Shown in pieces: positions 12,459 through 25,247 of a stretch of DNA of 64,000 bases (position 1 is the first letter of the stretch; each line of letters starts with the position of its first letter). The stretch is from Podarcis cretensis (Eukaryota), in contig OX638155.1 of the NCBI GenBank assembly GCA_951804945.1, forward strand, positions 34,162,001 through 34,226,000, given 5' to 3'. The translations under genes and the position numbers were made by a program. Below the pieces are notes generated by a model, which saw only the letters and a program-made list of their open reading frames with translations, had not been told where the DNA came from and did not search any database.

Positions 12459-12655
12459 CCCCCAAAAAAAATCTATGTCCCCATTGTGAATAGTGGGCAG
12501 GGCATAAAAGGGATGGATTTATACCAGCTTCCAGATTCTGGGGGGCTGGCGGTGCTGAGGTTGTTTTGGGAAAGGAATAGATCCTATGGAGCCAATGCCT
12601 TCCCCTGCTTCTCCCTCAGCGTGTCCTCAGCATGTTAAGTGCAAAGAAATGATAT

Positions 12656-13092
12656 TGTGATGGCCTGGGAATCCGATTCAGAGGCTGAACCGGAGGAATC
12701 CCAGCCTGCACAGGAGTCCCCGCCTCCAGGGCCGGCTGAGCTGGGGCAGGGCCTTGATTCTGAAGCGCCTGCACCTGTGCCAGATCCTCAGGAGCAGGCA
12801 CCAGGTGAATCCACTCTGGCTCCGGAGGTGGTTGAGGACTCAGTGCCTACAGGTGAGTCTCCCCCTGGGTCCAATAACCCTTCAGCCTCTCCTGAACTGC
12901 AGCGGCTCAGGGCAGAGAGGCGAAGGGAACTGGTTTCTCCCAGGAGGAGTGCTCGCCTTAAGGCCAGGAGAGGCGGGTCTCCTGGGGGCCGGGACCGCCC
13001 CTGGCCTCAGAGAAGATAAAGGCCAGTCAGCCTGGTCCCAGGTTGTGGGAGCAACGTCGTTGAAGAGCTGTTTCGGCCAGCATCCAGTCCTA
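12656..13092 (+). mobile_element. Gypsy-type LTR, 3'-truncated, GC-rich and apparently young
   Basis: Begins TGTGATGG; intact ORF; TATA-like 'gataaa' near 13015; no AATAAA, terminal CA or matching TSD found downstream. Confidence 0.7.
12657..13019 (+). CDS. LTR-encoded 120-codon ORF: acidic/Pro-rich tract plus basic 'SPRRSARLKARR' tail (TE-derived, not a host gene)
   Basis: Uninterrupted frame VMAWESDSEAEPEE...SPELQRLRAERRRELVSPRRSARLKARR; ATG at 12660; similar architecture in the LTRs at 11668 and 43369. Confidence 0.55.
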   Translation: MMAWESDSEAEPEESQPAQESPPPGPAELGQGLDSEAPAPVPDPQEQAPGESTLAPEVVEDSVPTGESPPGSNNPSASPELQRLRAERRRELVSPRRSARLKARRGGSPGGRDRPWPQRR

Positions 13093-14064
13093 TTCCCCCA
13101 GAGTTTTAATCTATTGCTGCTCTTTCTTAAAGAACAGCAAAGCTAGCTTCCAACCAGATAACTGGTGCATAGGCAGAGTGACAAAGCCAGAATTCAAAGC
13201 AAAAGGGACAGCGTTCTAAAAATGTGTCCCCTGTCCTGAAAGCAGGAGAGAGAGAGAGATGGAGAGCAGGTTTTTACAGGAATGTTTTGATCGTACACTG
13301 CAGCAAAGCGTTAAAAGCTTTGGTTTTTAATTATCAACTTGCTTGATCACCTCTCCACAAACGTTTTATCACCCTTCTTGCTCATTCTACATAAAAGCTC
13401 TTCTAGTCCTTGTAATTATATATAATTGCTCCCATGCATCAACCCTGTGTTGAGAATGTTTCCGTTTATGTACATGTTTATAGTGTAGGAAATAAATTAT
13501 GTCTCAGGGAAAGAAAACTCATACACCCAGCCTGAACTTCAAAACAATATAGAATGAAGCATGCCTTTGGTTTTCTTTCTTATCTACAAGGTCAACATCA
13601 GCCTAGTGGTCCATGACGGAAAGGTAGATGGCAGGATGCATGCTAAACGATGCTGCTGCATTCAATACGAAAATAATTGACAACAACAGAGGCTTGCATT
13701 ATATGCCCCATAATTAATGCTGGAGACAGAATCATATAGTACAACTCTTTTACAATCATTAGTCCTGGTTATTTCACCCATTCGCTCTCATTCGTAATGT
13801 GAAACAATGCTTCGATCTACATGTTTATGCAAAGCAGGGGAGTTTGGGAAAGGTGTTGCCATATTGTAAACAGCACATCTAAATATGGTTCCAAGGGCTG
13901 TTTCACCACATTAAATGGTTGCAGAGCTGGGTTTGCCATGAGGTATAGCACCCAACAAGTGAGTTGTAGCCATCCTCCCCACCCCAGTGTTTAGATAAGC
14001 ATACATATATGATTTGCCAATACATTTCCCAATACATGCTTGTTACATTTTATATTATATACCT

Positions 14065-14422
14065 AAAGGTAAAGGTAAAAGGGACCCCTGACCATTAGGT
14101 CCACTTGTGACCGACTCTGGGGTTGCGGCGCTCATCTCGCTTTATTGGCCGAGGGAGCTGGCGTACAGCTTCCGGGTCATGTGGCCAGCATGACTAAGCT
14201 GCTTCTGGTGAACCAGAGCAGTGCACGGAAATGCTGTTTACCTTCCCGCTGGAGTGGTACCTATTTATCTGCTTGCACTTTGACATGCTTTCGAACTGCT
14301 AGGTTGGCAGGAGCAGGGACCGAGCAACAGGAGCTCACCCCGTCGCGGGGATTCGAACCGCTGACCTTCTGATCGGCAAGTCCTAGGCTCTGTGGTTTAA
14401 CCCACAGCGCCACCCGCCATCC
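14065..14422 (-). mobile_element. Sauria SINE, full length
   Basis: (AAAGGT)n tail complement, 'cttccgggtcatgtggccagcatgac' body, 'gggattcgaacc' B-box complement. Confidence 0.93.
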
Positions 14423-14639
14423 TATAAAAGTAGGACATCAGTATTGTACAGTCATGGATAGGTGCTTCTCAAGGGAACATATGGTGGGATGAAACCAGCC
14501 TGCCAACACTGTCACCATTGCTCTTACCTGGATGGGGCTGCAGCAGGGAGTTTGGGACCGCATGGTTCCAACTGCAGGATGGCCATTGCCAATCCAGCAG
14601 TCTTGCCAGTGAAACCACACAGACCTGACTTCACACCAA

Positions 14640-14893
14640 CCCTGCCCCAGAGAGAAGCCAAGTTACAGGGAACCAGGCAGAGGGCCTTCTCGGTAGTGGC
14701 ACCCCCCTCCGGTGGAACACACTCCCACCAGATGTCAAAGAGAAAAACAACTACCAGACTTTTAGAAGACATCTGAAGGCAGCCCTGTTTAGGGAAGCTT
14801 TTAATGTTTGGTGCATTACTGTATTTTAATATTTTGTTGGAAGCCACCCAGAGTGACTGGGGAAGCCTGGCCAGATGGGCAAGGTATTAATAA

Positions 14894-14938
<45 letters not shown>
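14640..14938 (+). mobile_element. L2-type LINE 3' end with (TTA)n tail
   Basis: Encodes 'TRQRAFSVVAP..WN.LP' and 'FRRHLKAALFREAF', followed by 3'UTR and (TTA)n. Confidence 0.85.
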
Positions 14939-14939
<1 letters not shown>

Positions 14940-16694
14940 CCACAGGACATTAGTTATGGGGTTCCATCACAGAAAATAAGCCACCAGACCCACTTTCTCC
15001 CTCTGTGAATCAAGTAGGGGCTATGCTAGAGCCCACAGACCTCTCTAAGAGATATTATATGTTCATTCTATGTCGTTTGCAGGCAATTTTAGTTAAGAGG
15101 CTCTTGGCACACCAGACACTGCTTCAGACAGGAAAGAGAAAAAGTAGTGTGGCATACACCTGAATATCATTTGGCCTGGAAAGGTTTCGGCGAATGGTTT
15201 CTGGTCAGACTCTTAGTCTGATTTGTTGGAAGTTCTCCTAGCTGTCTGGGTAGTGCCTCTAGGGTCTTTCATTGTGTTTTGCCTTCAGCATGCGGTTTGA
15301 GACATCTGCATTTGCTCCGCAGGCACCTAACTACAGAACTCTGACTCTGTGCTGGTGGCTCACTGTGGTTTCGATAGTGTGGGTTGATCTGTTCAGGGCT
15401 GCTGTGTCTGTGTGTGGTCTCCCTGCCCCCAGATGCATTGGTTGGGCTTGGGAGATGTGGAGGACCTTTCATACTTTGTCATGCCATGAGGAGGAGGTCT
15501 CAGATGGGAATGCAGCAAATATGTGGTTTAAATTAAATGCACATCAAATAAGGGCAATAAAATGGACAAAACAGGCAACTCGGTAAATGTTACTATGGGA
15601 TACATGTTTAAAAAAGTAATTGGACAGGGTCAAATGGTTGACAACCATTGAATATTGACTTGGAGTTAATAATTTTTGATAATAATTTTAAAAACTAGAT
15701 CTGATTTCTTTTTTTAAAAAAATAAAAATCCAGACATAGTCATTTTATATCTTTTCAGATGTCATTATGATACCCAAATAGACCAGCTGTAACATCTCTT
15801 CAGTACAGGAGATAGTATTGTACATTAATATGGCACTGCAATGAAATATTAACTCTGCCTGCATTCCAGTATGACTTCATTTGGTTTTCCTTCTCAACTG
15901 ATTTTGATTTGAAACCAAAATCCAAAGGTTTGATTTAACTCAAGTCAAACTTCTCCCCCCACTCCTCCTGCTGCTTGCTCCATCTGTTCTCTCCCTATTC
16001 TTTTATAGTAAACCATTTGGTTATGTCTTTCCACTTCTTCCCAGTACTTAAAAAAAAAAAAAATGCTACAATATGCCAGAATAAACAAAGTCCCTTTATT
16101 TTAAAGAGGGCTTTGGGGAAAGTGACCATTCTTTCTAGCCCATTCAAATGGTCAGGGTCTCCAAAGCATGGGTCCACCCCAAATCATGATGCGCTCTAGT
16201 CATATGTGGGCAGGATAAGAAGAAGGCTTAGTGCAAATTAACACAACTGGGGTTTTTTTAAAATATGGAATAACTGCAGTTAGCTTGGATTTGGTGAAAC
16301 AGCTATTGAATTACTTTAACTGTGTTCATGGATAGGCTTTATTATCCAGTGGAGGCTGGGTGAGAATGGAGCACTGCCCCGCCAACCTCATTCTGCCTTC
16401 AGCCAGCCTCCACCTCTTTGCCTTCTTACTTACAATTAGCCCAGGCTGGTGTTAGTTGTCAGCTTCCTCCTCCTTAGTCTCAATTTTGCCCTCAACAGGG
16501 AAGAGGGTAAGAACAGAACAGAGCCCATCTCCATGGGCTCTGGCCACCTAATATAGTCCTCTTTTCCTTCCATCACAATGGACTACAACTGATCTTATGT
16601 GACCAAAGTAACCTTTTAATGGAGATGAGGGCGGAATGAGGAAGCTGATCAGCTAGAAAAAAAACCATTGATTGTGTACACCAGTTCATTAGAG

Positions 16695-16824
16695 CAGGCA
16701 TAGGCAAACTAGGCCCTCCAGATGTTTTGGAACTCCCATCATCCCTAGCTAACAGAACCAGTGGTCAGGGATGATGGGAGTTGTAGTCCCAAAACATCTG
16801 GAGGGCCGAGTTTGCCTATGCCTG
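16695..16824. mobile_element. Palindromic hAT (Charlie-like) MITE
   Basis: TIR caggcataggcaaact; near-perfect hairpin; 8-bp TSD cattagag/cattaggg. Confidence 0.9.
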
Positions 16825-17643
16825 CATTAGGGCAAATACCTCTGACCATCATGGCTGTGTAATTCTGTCATCTTGCTTACTGAATGCCAGATGTGCATAT
16901 ATATCTATATCTATATAGCATACCACGCAACTGTCCCACTTAAAGCAGGATCTCCCAGATTTACAGAAGCTGCCCTGGCTTCTGATCCCAATCCAGGATG
17001 TCCCGTTTTGGCTCCCATGCGCTGACTGTGCCAGAGTGCAGGATCCCAAGACGCATGTTCTTTGTTCTCATGCTGTGAGAGTCAAGTTGACTCACATCAG
17101 AGTGTGGAACCAAAAAATGGAACCAAATGATGTGCCAACTTAACTGGTTCCTGCATGTTGCCCACTTTTCTTCTACCAATGCTTTTCAGCTGATGGACGT
17201 CTGGAAGCCAGTACCACACTTCCAGAAGCAGTGGTGGCCACAGTAGAAGCAGTGGTGGCAGCGGAGGAGGCAGAGGTGGCAGGTGATAGTGGGAGGGAGC
17301 TGAGAGAAGGGGCGGGGTTGGAATGAAAGGTGTGTAACCTACGTCGAGGTCATGTTTTGATTATCCTCACTCTGGTGTTGGAGGGTATACACATAGGCTC
17401 AGTCTTCAAAGTGCTGTGCAACGCATGTTCATTATTAAATCATGATACTGTTTTCATAGGCACCACAGAGCAAGGCCCTGTTTCATCATGTGACACCTTT
17501 GGGCATCTTCTTGTCCTGCAGTGTCCATTGCTGACACGTTTTGGAGGCTTTTGTTTAAAATATTTTCCAGGCAACTGGGTCTGGGATGTACCATTTTAAT
17601 TCCAATGTATTGTTTTGAGGCATTGTGGGAGATTTAAGTAATG

Positions 17644-17965
17644 CAGGGCTGGATATAGGTTTGATAAGGCCCTAAGCTACTGAAAGTAGTAAGGCCCTTT
17701 ATATGTCCAGCTGTCCTTTCTCAACAACAGATTGCCGCTGTTTTTTGTGTTGAATATATGCTGTATGGTAATTTATGGACCTAATAGGTCCATACATAAC
17801 ACAAAACACTGTTGCTGTATGTAGGTTTTATTTTATTTGTTTTTTAGCTTATATTTTGGAAATGTACATCCAGGTTTTTTTTTCCTTTAAATTTTTTTTG
17901 GGGGGCCCCAAGAGAGTGGGGCCCTAAGCTATAGCTTGTTTAGCTTATATGTAAATCTGGCACTG
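17644..17965. mobile_element. Non-autonomous hAT element
   Basis: Imperfect TIR cagggctggatata / taaatctggcactg; perfect 8-bp TSD aagtaatg. Confidence 0.88.
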
Positions 17966-18779
17966 AAGTAATGGCTCCCAGCCATTCAACCTTTGGCTGA
18001 TCTTTGCTGCTCTACCATTAGGCAAGCCCAGGGGGGATCCCCCATACTGGCAGGACCCCACTCAAGGGCATTTTGCCGCAGACCCCCTTCAGTCCTGGAG
18101 TGGGCCTGCACAAATCGGTATTAACTATGGTAAGGATAGGAAAGGCTACAATGACTTCAGTAATTGAAATAATTGTGTCTGGCATTTCATCACATCAGGA
18201 TCTCAAGGTGGCTTCCAAAAATATAAATAAAATAAAATAAAAATACCATATACGAAAACATTAAAACATCAGAGCATATGCTAATCATACCCTCAGTCGG
18301 TTACCAAAACAGTGGGAGAAGAATTGCGACTGATCATTCCTTGTGTTTCTGCTTCCACGACTAATGCAAAGGGAGAAGCACATTTTCCTAGGACATGGAA
18401 CATGCGTCTCCATGTGGAGAATATGCCAATTTCTCCACTTTGCACATCAATAACTGGACACCATAATATGGAAACACAGGTTGATGGTATTTCTTCCCTT
18501 GCCACTTCAGTTAGAATAACAGAAGTCACTTTTAGGGCTTCCAAATGAATGCGTTTCAAGATCATTATGGACACTATAATCAAAAACGTATATGAATTAG
18601 TAAGACTCAAATCAGCTCCCGGAACGTCAAGATAACCGAGCAGAGGCAGTTTGGGGAATGAGTCATTTTTCACCATAGTGCTGTCTGAGAGGAGAGAATC
18701 TGATCCATTACTCATAGAGAATTTGATAACCCCCATAGGGCTGCAATCTTTCTGACTGACTGTGGCATTAAGGAACAAA

Positions 18780-19120
18780 AAAATATTGCAGTGCAGTTAA
18801 GCAATCAAATCAGCAATTATGTTTAGCATCACAGGTAACATTTCCAGACTAAATTATATTTAGGGATATTTATACTAATAACAAGTATGTTTAATTTTCA
18901 ATTTCACAGATTATTTTGCCTATCTCAATACTTCCCTTCATCCTGGCAATTTGCATGCAAATTAGAGCTCTTTAAGTGTATTTTAATTGCCATGCTATTT
19001 TCACAAATACAGAGAGAATGTAAAATATATATTTATTGCTGTGTATAGGGGGGAAATGTTAATATTCACCAAATAATTACCTAATTTGCATAGTGATTAG
19101 GCGCAATTGGAATAAAATCC
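18780..19120. promoter_or_regulatory. Candidate enhancer with POU octamer/homeobox cluster
   Basis: 16-bp palindrome aatttgcatgcaaatt (18948-18963) made of two overlapping ATGCAAAT motifs; another ATTTGCAT at 19084-19091; several TAAT motifs; no recognisable TE. Confidence 0.3.
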
Positions 19121-19965
19121 CTTCTAAATATAAGAAACTGAAAACTGAGTAAGTTGACAAGCAAAATAATAGAGTAAAATGTCATAAAGAAAAGGTACAC
19201 TTGCAGGTGAAAGACTTTCAGTACATTATTTTTAACCCCATCTACCAGGATTGCTAGAGTAATAAGTCAGGCCTATAAAATATTCAGTATGTGCCTTGTT
19301 TGCCAAGAAAGATGAAATAAAAGCATAGAGTCAAATACCTGCAAAACACACAAACCTGGTGATTTCCTCAGGGATCTTGTGCAATTACATAATTTAGAAT
19401 AGTCTCTGAACCAATTTTTTTATATTCATCAAAATATTGCTTCTTGTATGTGACCTTGAATGTTAAGTTTCAGCCCAGGGGGAATATTTACAACTTGCAG
19501 GTATGGAAAGATAATGGAAAAGCTGACATGAATTTCACAGTCGCAATGCCATTCCCTGTTATCTCGCCGCTCTGACTCCCTCCCTCCCTAATGAAAGCTA
19601 AGGATCTGAATAGACTTAAAATTCTTGTCTGGTCGCATTGACAGAATATCTGTAAACAATGGTGAACAGAATATTTCACTCCTATAACTATGCCCAAGAT
19701 GTATAAAATGGCCTTAAAATTATTTCTTTCAGCTGCACATTTAAGCACATTTAAAGCACATTACTTTCCCCAAGAATCCTGTGAGCTGTAGTTTACACCT
19801 CTCGGAGCTACAATTCCCAGAACCCTTTACAAACCACAGTTCTCATGATTCTTGGGGCAGAAAATGTGATTTAAAATTATGGCATGTACGCAACCTTAAC
19901 ACGAACATTCATTCATTCATTTATTCAGCGAGAGAGAAGATTTTGAATTGTAACACATACAATTT

Positions 19966-20224
19966 TAAGTTTAAGAACAGTCCTGCTTATGAACGATTTG
20001 GTTTACGAATGCCGCAAAACCAGAAGTAGTGTCCCTGTTGTGAACTTTATCTCAGTCTAAGAGCAGAATCCGAATGGTGGAAGGACACCGGCAGCGGGAG
20101 GCCTCATTAGGGAAAGCGCGCCTCCATTTAAGAACTGTTTCAGTTTAAGAATGGACTTTTCGGAACATGTTGGAAACTCATATTACAACAGAACGGACTA
20201 AGTTCGTAAACTGAGGTACCACTG
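19966..20224 (+). mobile_element. Tigger-like MITE, partial (left end missing)
   Basis: Right end 'gaggtaccactg'+TA; internal similarity to family A. Confidence 0.7.
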
Positions 20225-21336
20225 TATTGTATTTTTGTATTGTAAGTTTGGCAAATTTGCCTGAGAATTCTCACCTACCCCCACCTCAACTCTGGCTGAA
20301 GTGAACCTGAATTAAGAATGGGGAGGGGGAGAGAGAAACTGAATTGCAATGAATAAATATACAAGTTGTGGGTCAGCCATTCATATAAAAATATGTAGGA
20401 TGTGGAAATGGAACCAGCTGCAGCCAGACTTATGGAACAGCACATAAGTTTTTCCATAGCCCTAAGGAAGAACTTGATGCAAAGGAAATTTCCAAAGGTG
20501 TCAGAGTAGCCATACAGACATTAAAAAGCAGATAATTAGAAGGTTTTATTTGGGTGACTTTTTCTTTTGGTGGGGGGAAGGTTTACCAGATGGTTATACA
20601 GTTATAATTCAGCAACACTGTGTAAAGAGGGAGTGCATTTTGTGTGCAAAAGCAATTCAGCTGTATTTTTGGATCATATTGTTAATTGCACAGTTGTTAG
20701 TGACACTGTTGATCACAGTTACACCACTGTAGGTGCTTTAAGTATGGATAAAATTCTGATGGGCCTCACTTATGCCAGGGGAGTAAGCAGTGTCCAGCAG
20801 TTATACTACATTTAGCCAGGGCCAACCCAAGACACTTTGGCACCTGAGACAAAATGGCGCCTCCTTCCTACCAGTGAAGAAGAGGTGGGTGAAGATCTGC
20901 ATTGGGAACAAGGCGGGGAATCAAATCAATCTTACCCAATGGTTGAAGTGGGAATCAGTATGCGGAAGAGAGCCTAGGTCATTTGACCTTTCAATTAGTT
21001 CCCTTTCCCCTCCTTTAAAAACTGAGCAAGATAGTCTCTTGTAAAGTTTAAATAACAAATAACTTTCCTTCAGTTTTACTTGCACTTGCAGATTAGAATG
21101 TACAATGCAGGTAGGTGTTACTTATGTTGCCAATACGTTTTATGTAGATTTGTATAAATACTGTTACAGACTGACTAACTCTGAGGCAGACAGCGGCATA
21201 ACAGAACAGACCTGCTGCTTTGTTAAGATGGTTCATAACTGCAATAACTGTACCAGCTGATATAACTGCCTTAGGCATATGACACAACAGAGTTTTCTAG
21301 CCCTTGTGAACATTAACCATTTACTTAGCATCAGCA

Positions 21337-21478
21337 TATTATTATTATTATTAGTATTCCTACCCTGCCCATCTGACTGGGTTGCCCCAGTCACTCTGGG
21401 TGGTTTGCAACATATATAAAAACATAATAAAACATTACACATTAAAAAGCTTCCCTATAGAGGGCTGCCTTCAGATGT
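21337..21478 (-). mobile_element. L2-type LINE 3' end
   Basis: Reverse-complement match to 14770-14938. Confidence 0.8.
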
Positions 21479-21539
21479 TGGATGCTTTTCATTCCACATC
21501 AAGCACATACCTCCATCTACATTTCTGTTCTGTTCTCTG

Positions 21540-21540
<1 letters not shown>

Positions 21541-21605
<65 letters not shown>
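21541..21605. repeat. (CT)n(CA)n microsatellite
   Basis: Directly visible. Confidence 0.95.
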
Positions 21606-21607
<2 letters not shown>

Positions 21608-21642
21608 ATCTACCAACCTGTTAACGGATAAGGGCCAAATTA

Positions 21643-21940
21643 TCTATTCTTAAGGAAATCAGCCCTGAGTGCTCACTGGAAGGACAGATCCTGAAGCTGA
21701 GGCTCCAATACTTTGGCCACCTCATGAGAAAAGACTCCCTGGAAAAGACTCTGATGTTGGGAAAGATTGAGGTCACAAGGAGAAGGAGACGACAGAGGAC
21801 AAGATGGTTGGACAGTGTTCTTGAAGCTACCAGCATGAGTTTGACCAAACTGTGGGAGACAGCGGAAGCCAGGAGTGCCTGGCGTGCTCTGGTCCATGGG
21901 GTCACGAAGAGCTGGACACGACTAAATGACTAAACAACAA
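21643..21940 (+). mobile_element. Bov-B (RTE) LINE 3' fragment
   Basis: Encodes 'SILKEISPECSLEGQILKLRLQYFGHLM...DSLEKTLMLGKIE'; 3' end 'gacacgactaaatgactaaacaacaa'. Confidence 0.93.
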
Positions 21941-22403
21941 AAGGGGCATTAAATGCATGATTGCTTTTTAACATGTCAAGTCCCCCTCCCCATAAATAAC
22001 AGCTGGGGTGTGTGTGTGTGTGTGTGTGTGTGTGTAGGAGAGAGAAATCAGGATTGAAACCATGGTGTGTGGGAAGGGAAGTAAACTTTTCCCTACCACC
22101 TGTGGTCCTGATGAAAGCCTTCACCCCCGCCAAGCTGCTGTCAGCACCAGATTGGAAAATTCCCTTTAATGCAATGGAAATGTGCATGTGTAGGTCAGGC
22201 ATAAGCAGGAGCCCCTGATATATACACAGTGTTATTCCACTTAACAAAAAGAAGCCCGAAAGAAAGGTGGAAAAACCCCAACCAAGGGCCAATCAAACTG
22301 AGAGAAGAAAATCCTTTCTGACTCCATCAACTGGTGACTCCAATGCTCAGTGGAGGCTCTATACTGTGGGTGGGTGGGAAGCCTGGGAAGCAAAATTCTG
22401 GAG

Positions 22404-22493
22404 CATAGCTGTCAACATTTCCCCTTTTTAAAGGGAAATTCCCTTATTCCAAATAGGATTCCTCACAAGAAAAGGGAAAAGTTGACAGCTATG
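22404..22493. mobile_element. 90-bp hAT MITE
   Basis: TIR catagctgtcaac/gttgacagctatg; perfect 8-bp TSD ttctggag. Confidence 0.9.
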
Positions 22494-23904
22494 TTCTGGA
22501 GGGGGAAGCCTCCTAAAGGCTTCTCTCCCCCACCTTCTCCGATGAGGGCTCACAGGAGAATTCTGTCTTGTGGGTCCCCACAGAAACAAGACAAGAGTAA
22601 AACTTGCCCCATTTGCTGCTTCACTGTGCTTGTGCCACCAGTCAAAGCCATCTTGTGCAAATTGGACCTGGAACAAAGCTTGCAATGAAACCTTTGGTGC
22701 TGGGAACTTTACATTTCAGCTCTACTGATGGAGAGGACATTGGTGGCAAATACTTAACAAACTGGTGAGGCAAAAGCATCACCTGTGCTCCCCAATCTCC
22801 ACCACCCTTAATTTACTCAGCATAATTCCACCCAGATCCACAGACACACTAATACGTACAAAGACAATTGCAATATCTCTTCTCCTTGGTTTTTTCATAG
22901 CTGGTGTCAATCTTCATCCAGGATGATGATCACTACTCTAGAGGAGAGAAGTAAACATCTGCCCTCCTTCTCATCACACTCATGTACCACGTTTATTGCT
23001 AGATGATATATTTTAGCCTCATTCCATCTGCATGGCAATGCAGCAACCAGAATCCGTGCAAACGTTTTGAGAACTGGTGCACTAAGAAAGGTCAGCCGTA
23101 CAAAATTAAAAAGATTAATTGACCAACAGGAAGGAGATGGATTATCATTGATTATCAAGTGCATGTATTTCAGATGATGGATGAACGCGCACAGAATATT
23201 GATCTTTGCAAATTAGCTTGACTTTGGTCCTATACGATTTGCCTTTGGCCTTACCGCTACTAGGAAAATGATAAGAACTACATGGGCATATTACAGGGAA
23301 GTTTATCGTGGTACAAGGTTGACTCCAATTGCAAAGCAGGAAAGAAAGGTTCTTCAGTTATCAGAAGCCCGAGAAACACAAATGTAAGGTCTCAAGGCAA
23401 ACTCTAAAGATCCACTGGATATGGACAAGACCTTGAGTGTCTATATACTTCTCCCTGTGCCTTTAGTGTTTATCAGATATTATTTGACTTGGGGAAGATG
23501 AAAGTCTCTGTGCATTCATTATGAGGTCCAAAAGAGCCTGTGAAGGGGGGTGCCAGCCCAGCCCACACCACCGATGCAACCCCACCCCCACTGGAGCAAA
23601 GCTGGTCTGCATTGAGCCACCTGCCAGCCATATAGGGGGGAGCCTGGCCGGCCAACGCAGCCCTTGGTGGGCAGAGGGGAGCACAGGGGCAGGCCATGCT
23701 GTAGTCACCTATTTGGGGTGCTTGGTTTGTCCCCCTCAAAAATTGTGCACCTCTGGCACCCACACACGACACCCCTGCACAAAAGTAGGGAGGGCATAGT
23801 CTTCCAATTTCAGGTTGCTTGTTGGATAGACTGGCACCTTACTGCAATTCCTTTCTACTGTAGCCCTGAAAATATACTAGGAAGATACGACTTTTTGTTG
23901 TATA

Positions 23905-24030
23905 GAGGGGTGGCTAGCCTGTGGCCCTCCAGATGCTGTTGGAATACAACCCCCATCGCCCCCAAGCCATTGGTCAGGCTTGCTCAGGCTGATGGGAGCA
24001 GGAGTCCAGCAACAGATTAGTCAACCTCTG
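23905..24030. mobile_element. Degenerate palindromic hAT MITE
   Basis: 'gccctccagatgctgttggaatacaacccccatc...gatgggagcaggagtccagcaaca', related to the 16695 and 54693 hairpins. Confidence 0.65.
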
Positions 24031-24880
24031 CTTTATAGAATGGGATGGAATTAAGGAAGATGCTTTTAAAGAGGAACCTTAAAGACAGCTAAAATGTGAC
24101 AAATACCTGAAAGTACAAGCCTTTTTTTAAAAAAAATAATGGTGAGTTTCTCTGGTCATTTTTAATATATGTTTTATAAGGAGCTAAATGGTTAAGACCA
24201 ACTCTTTCTCCTTTCATTGCACCTGAAAAATCACAAGCAGAGTAGAATGGAGCTTGATTGTACAAAGTGCTGTGCAATCACAAAAGAAAATACAGGTCCT
24301 CATTGAAGTCTAATGTAATTTCTTCTAATGTCAACATTAAAACACCTGGCTTTAAATTAATGTAGAGTTTCCTGTGCGGCTAAATGGCTTGCTAATGTTA
24401 GTTTTCTAGCAGTCACTAAGGGAATTTCCTTGCCATCCAGCCCTGCAGTCAAGGCTGAATTTTAACAAATGTACAATCTATGACCCATGCACAGCATTTA
24501 AGAGCCTCTGGTTATAAGTTAATGAGACCTGAGTGGAGGAAATGCCACCATTTATAAGTGGAGAATGGAACCACATGCGTCGGCACCCTGATCTTAGGCA
24601 TCACTGCTAAGTGGCTTGTGATAATAGTTGCAGTGGCATCTTTTGCAAAGCGAAGGAGGCTTCCGTGAAGCTTTCGGTGGCAATTAAATTATATTCATCT
24701 GAACATGGAACCTTGTATTACACCCAAGTTGCTGCCTCAATGGTTTATTGGTTTAAAATGTCCTTAGGGGGAGGACTCTCTCAAGGCAGCCTACAAGAAA
24801 ACACTGGCTGTGTACACATTCAAGTTTACTCTGCAACCAGTGTACATCCCCCACCCTTAGTTTGGGAAGTGGTATACACA

Positions 24881-25247
24881 GACGCAGGTGGCGCTGTGGG
24901 TAAAACCTCAGTGCCTAGGACTTGCTGATCGTAAGGTCGGCGGTTCGAATCCCCGCAGCGGGGTGAGCTCCCGTCGTTCGGTCCCAGCTCCTGCCCACTT
25001 AGCAGTTCAAAAGCACTCCTAAGTGCAAGTAGATAAATAGGGACTGCTTTATAGCGGGAAGGTAAATGGCATTTCCGTGTGCTGCGCTGGTGCTGGCTCG
25101 CCAGATGCAGCTTCGTCACGCTGGCCACATGACCCGGAAGTGTCTTCGGACAGCGCCAGCTCCCGGCCTCTTGAGCGAGAAGAGTGCGCAACCCTAGAGT
25201 CGGTCACGACTGGCCCTGATGGGCAGGAGTACCTTTACCTTTACCTT
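24881..25247 (+). mobile_element. Sauria SINE, full length
   Basis: tRNA-like head with A and B boxes (gtggcgctgtgg; ggttcgaatccc), (ACCTTT)3 tail, TSD tatacaca. Confidence 0.93.

Noticed and set aside
18293-18778. 161-aa minus-strand ORF
   Set aside because: No recognisable domain or clear splice structure, and about one ORF of this length is plausible by chance in six frames of 64 kb; a tBLASTn or PhyloCSF check would settle it.
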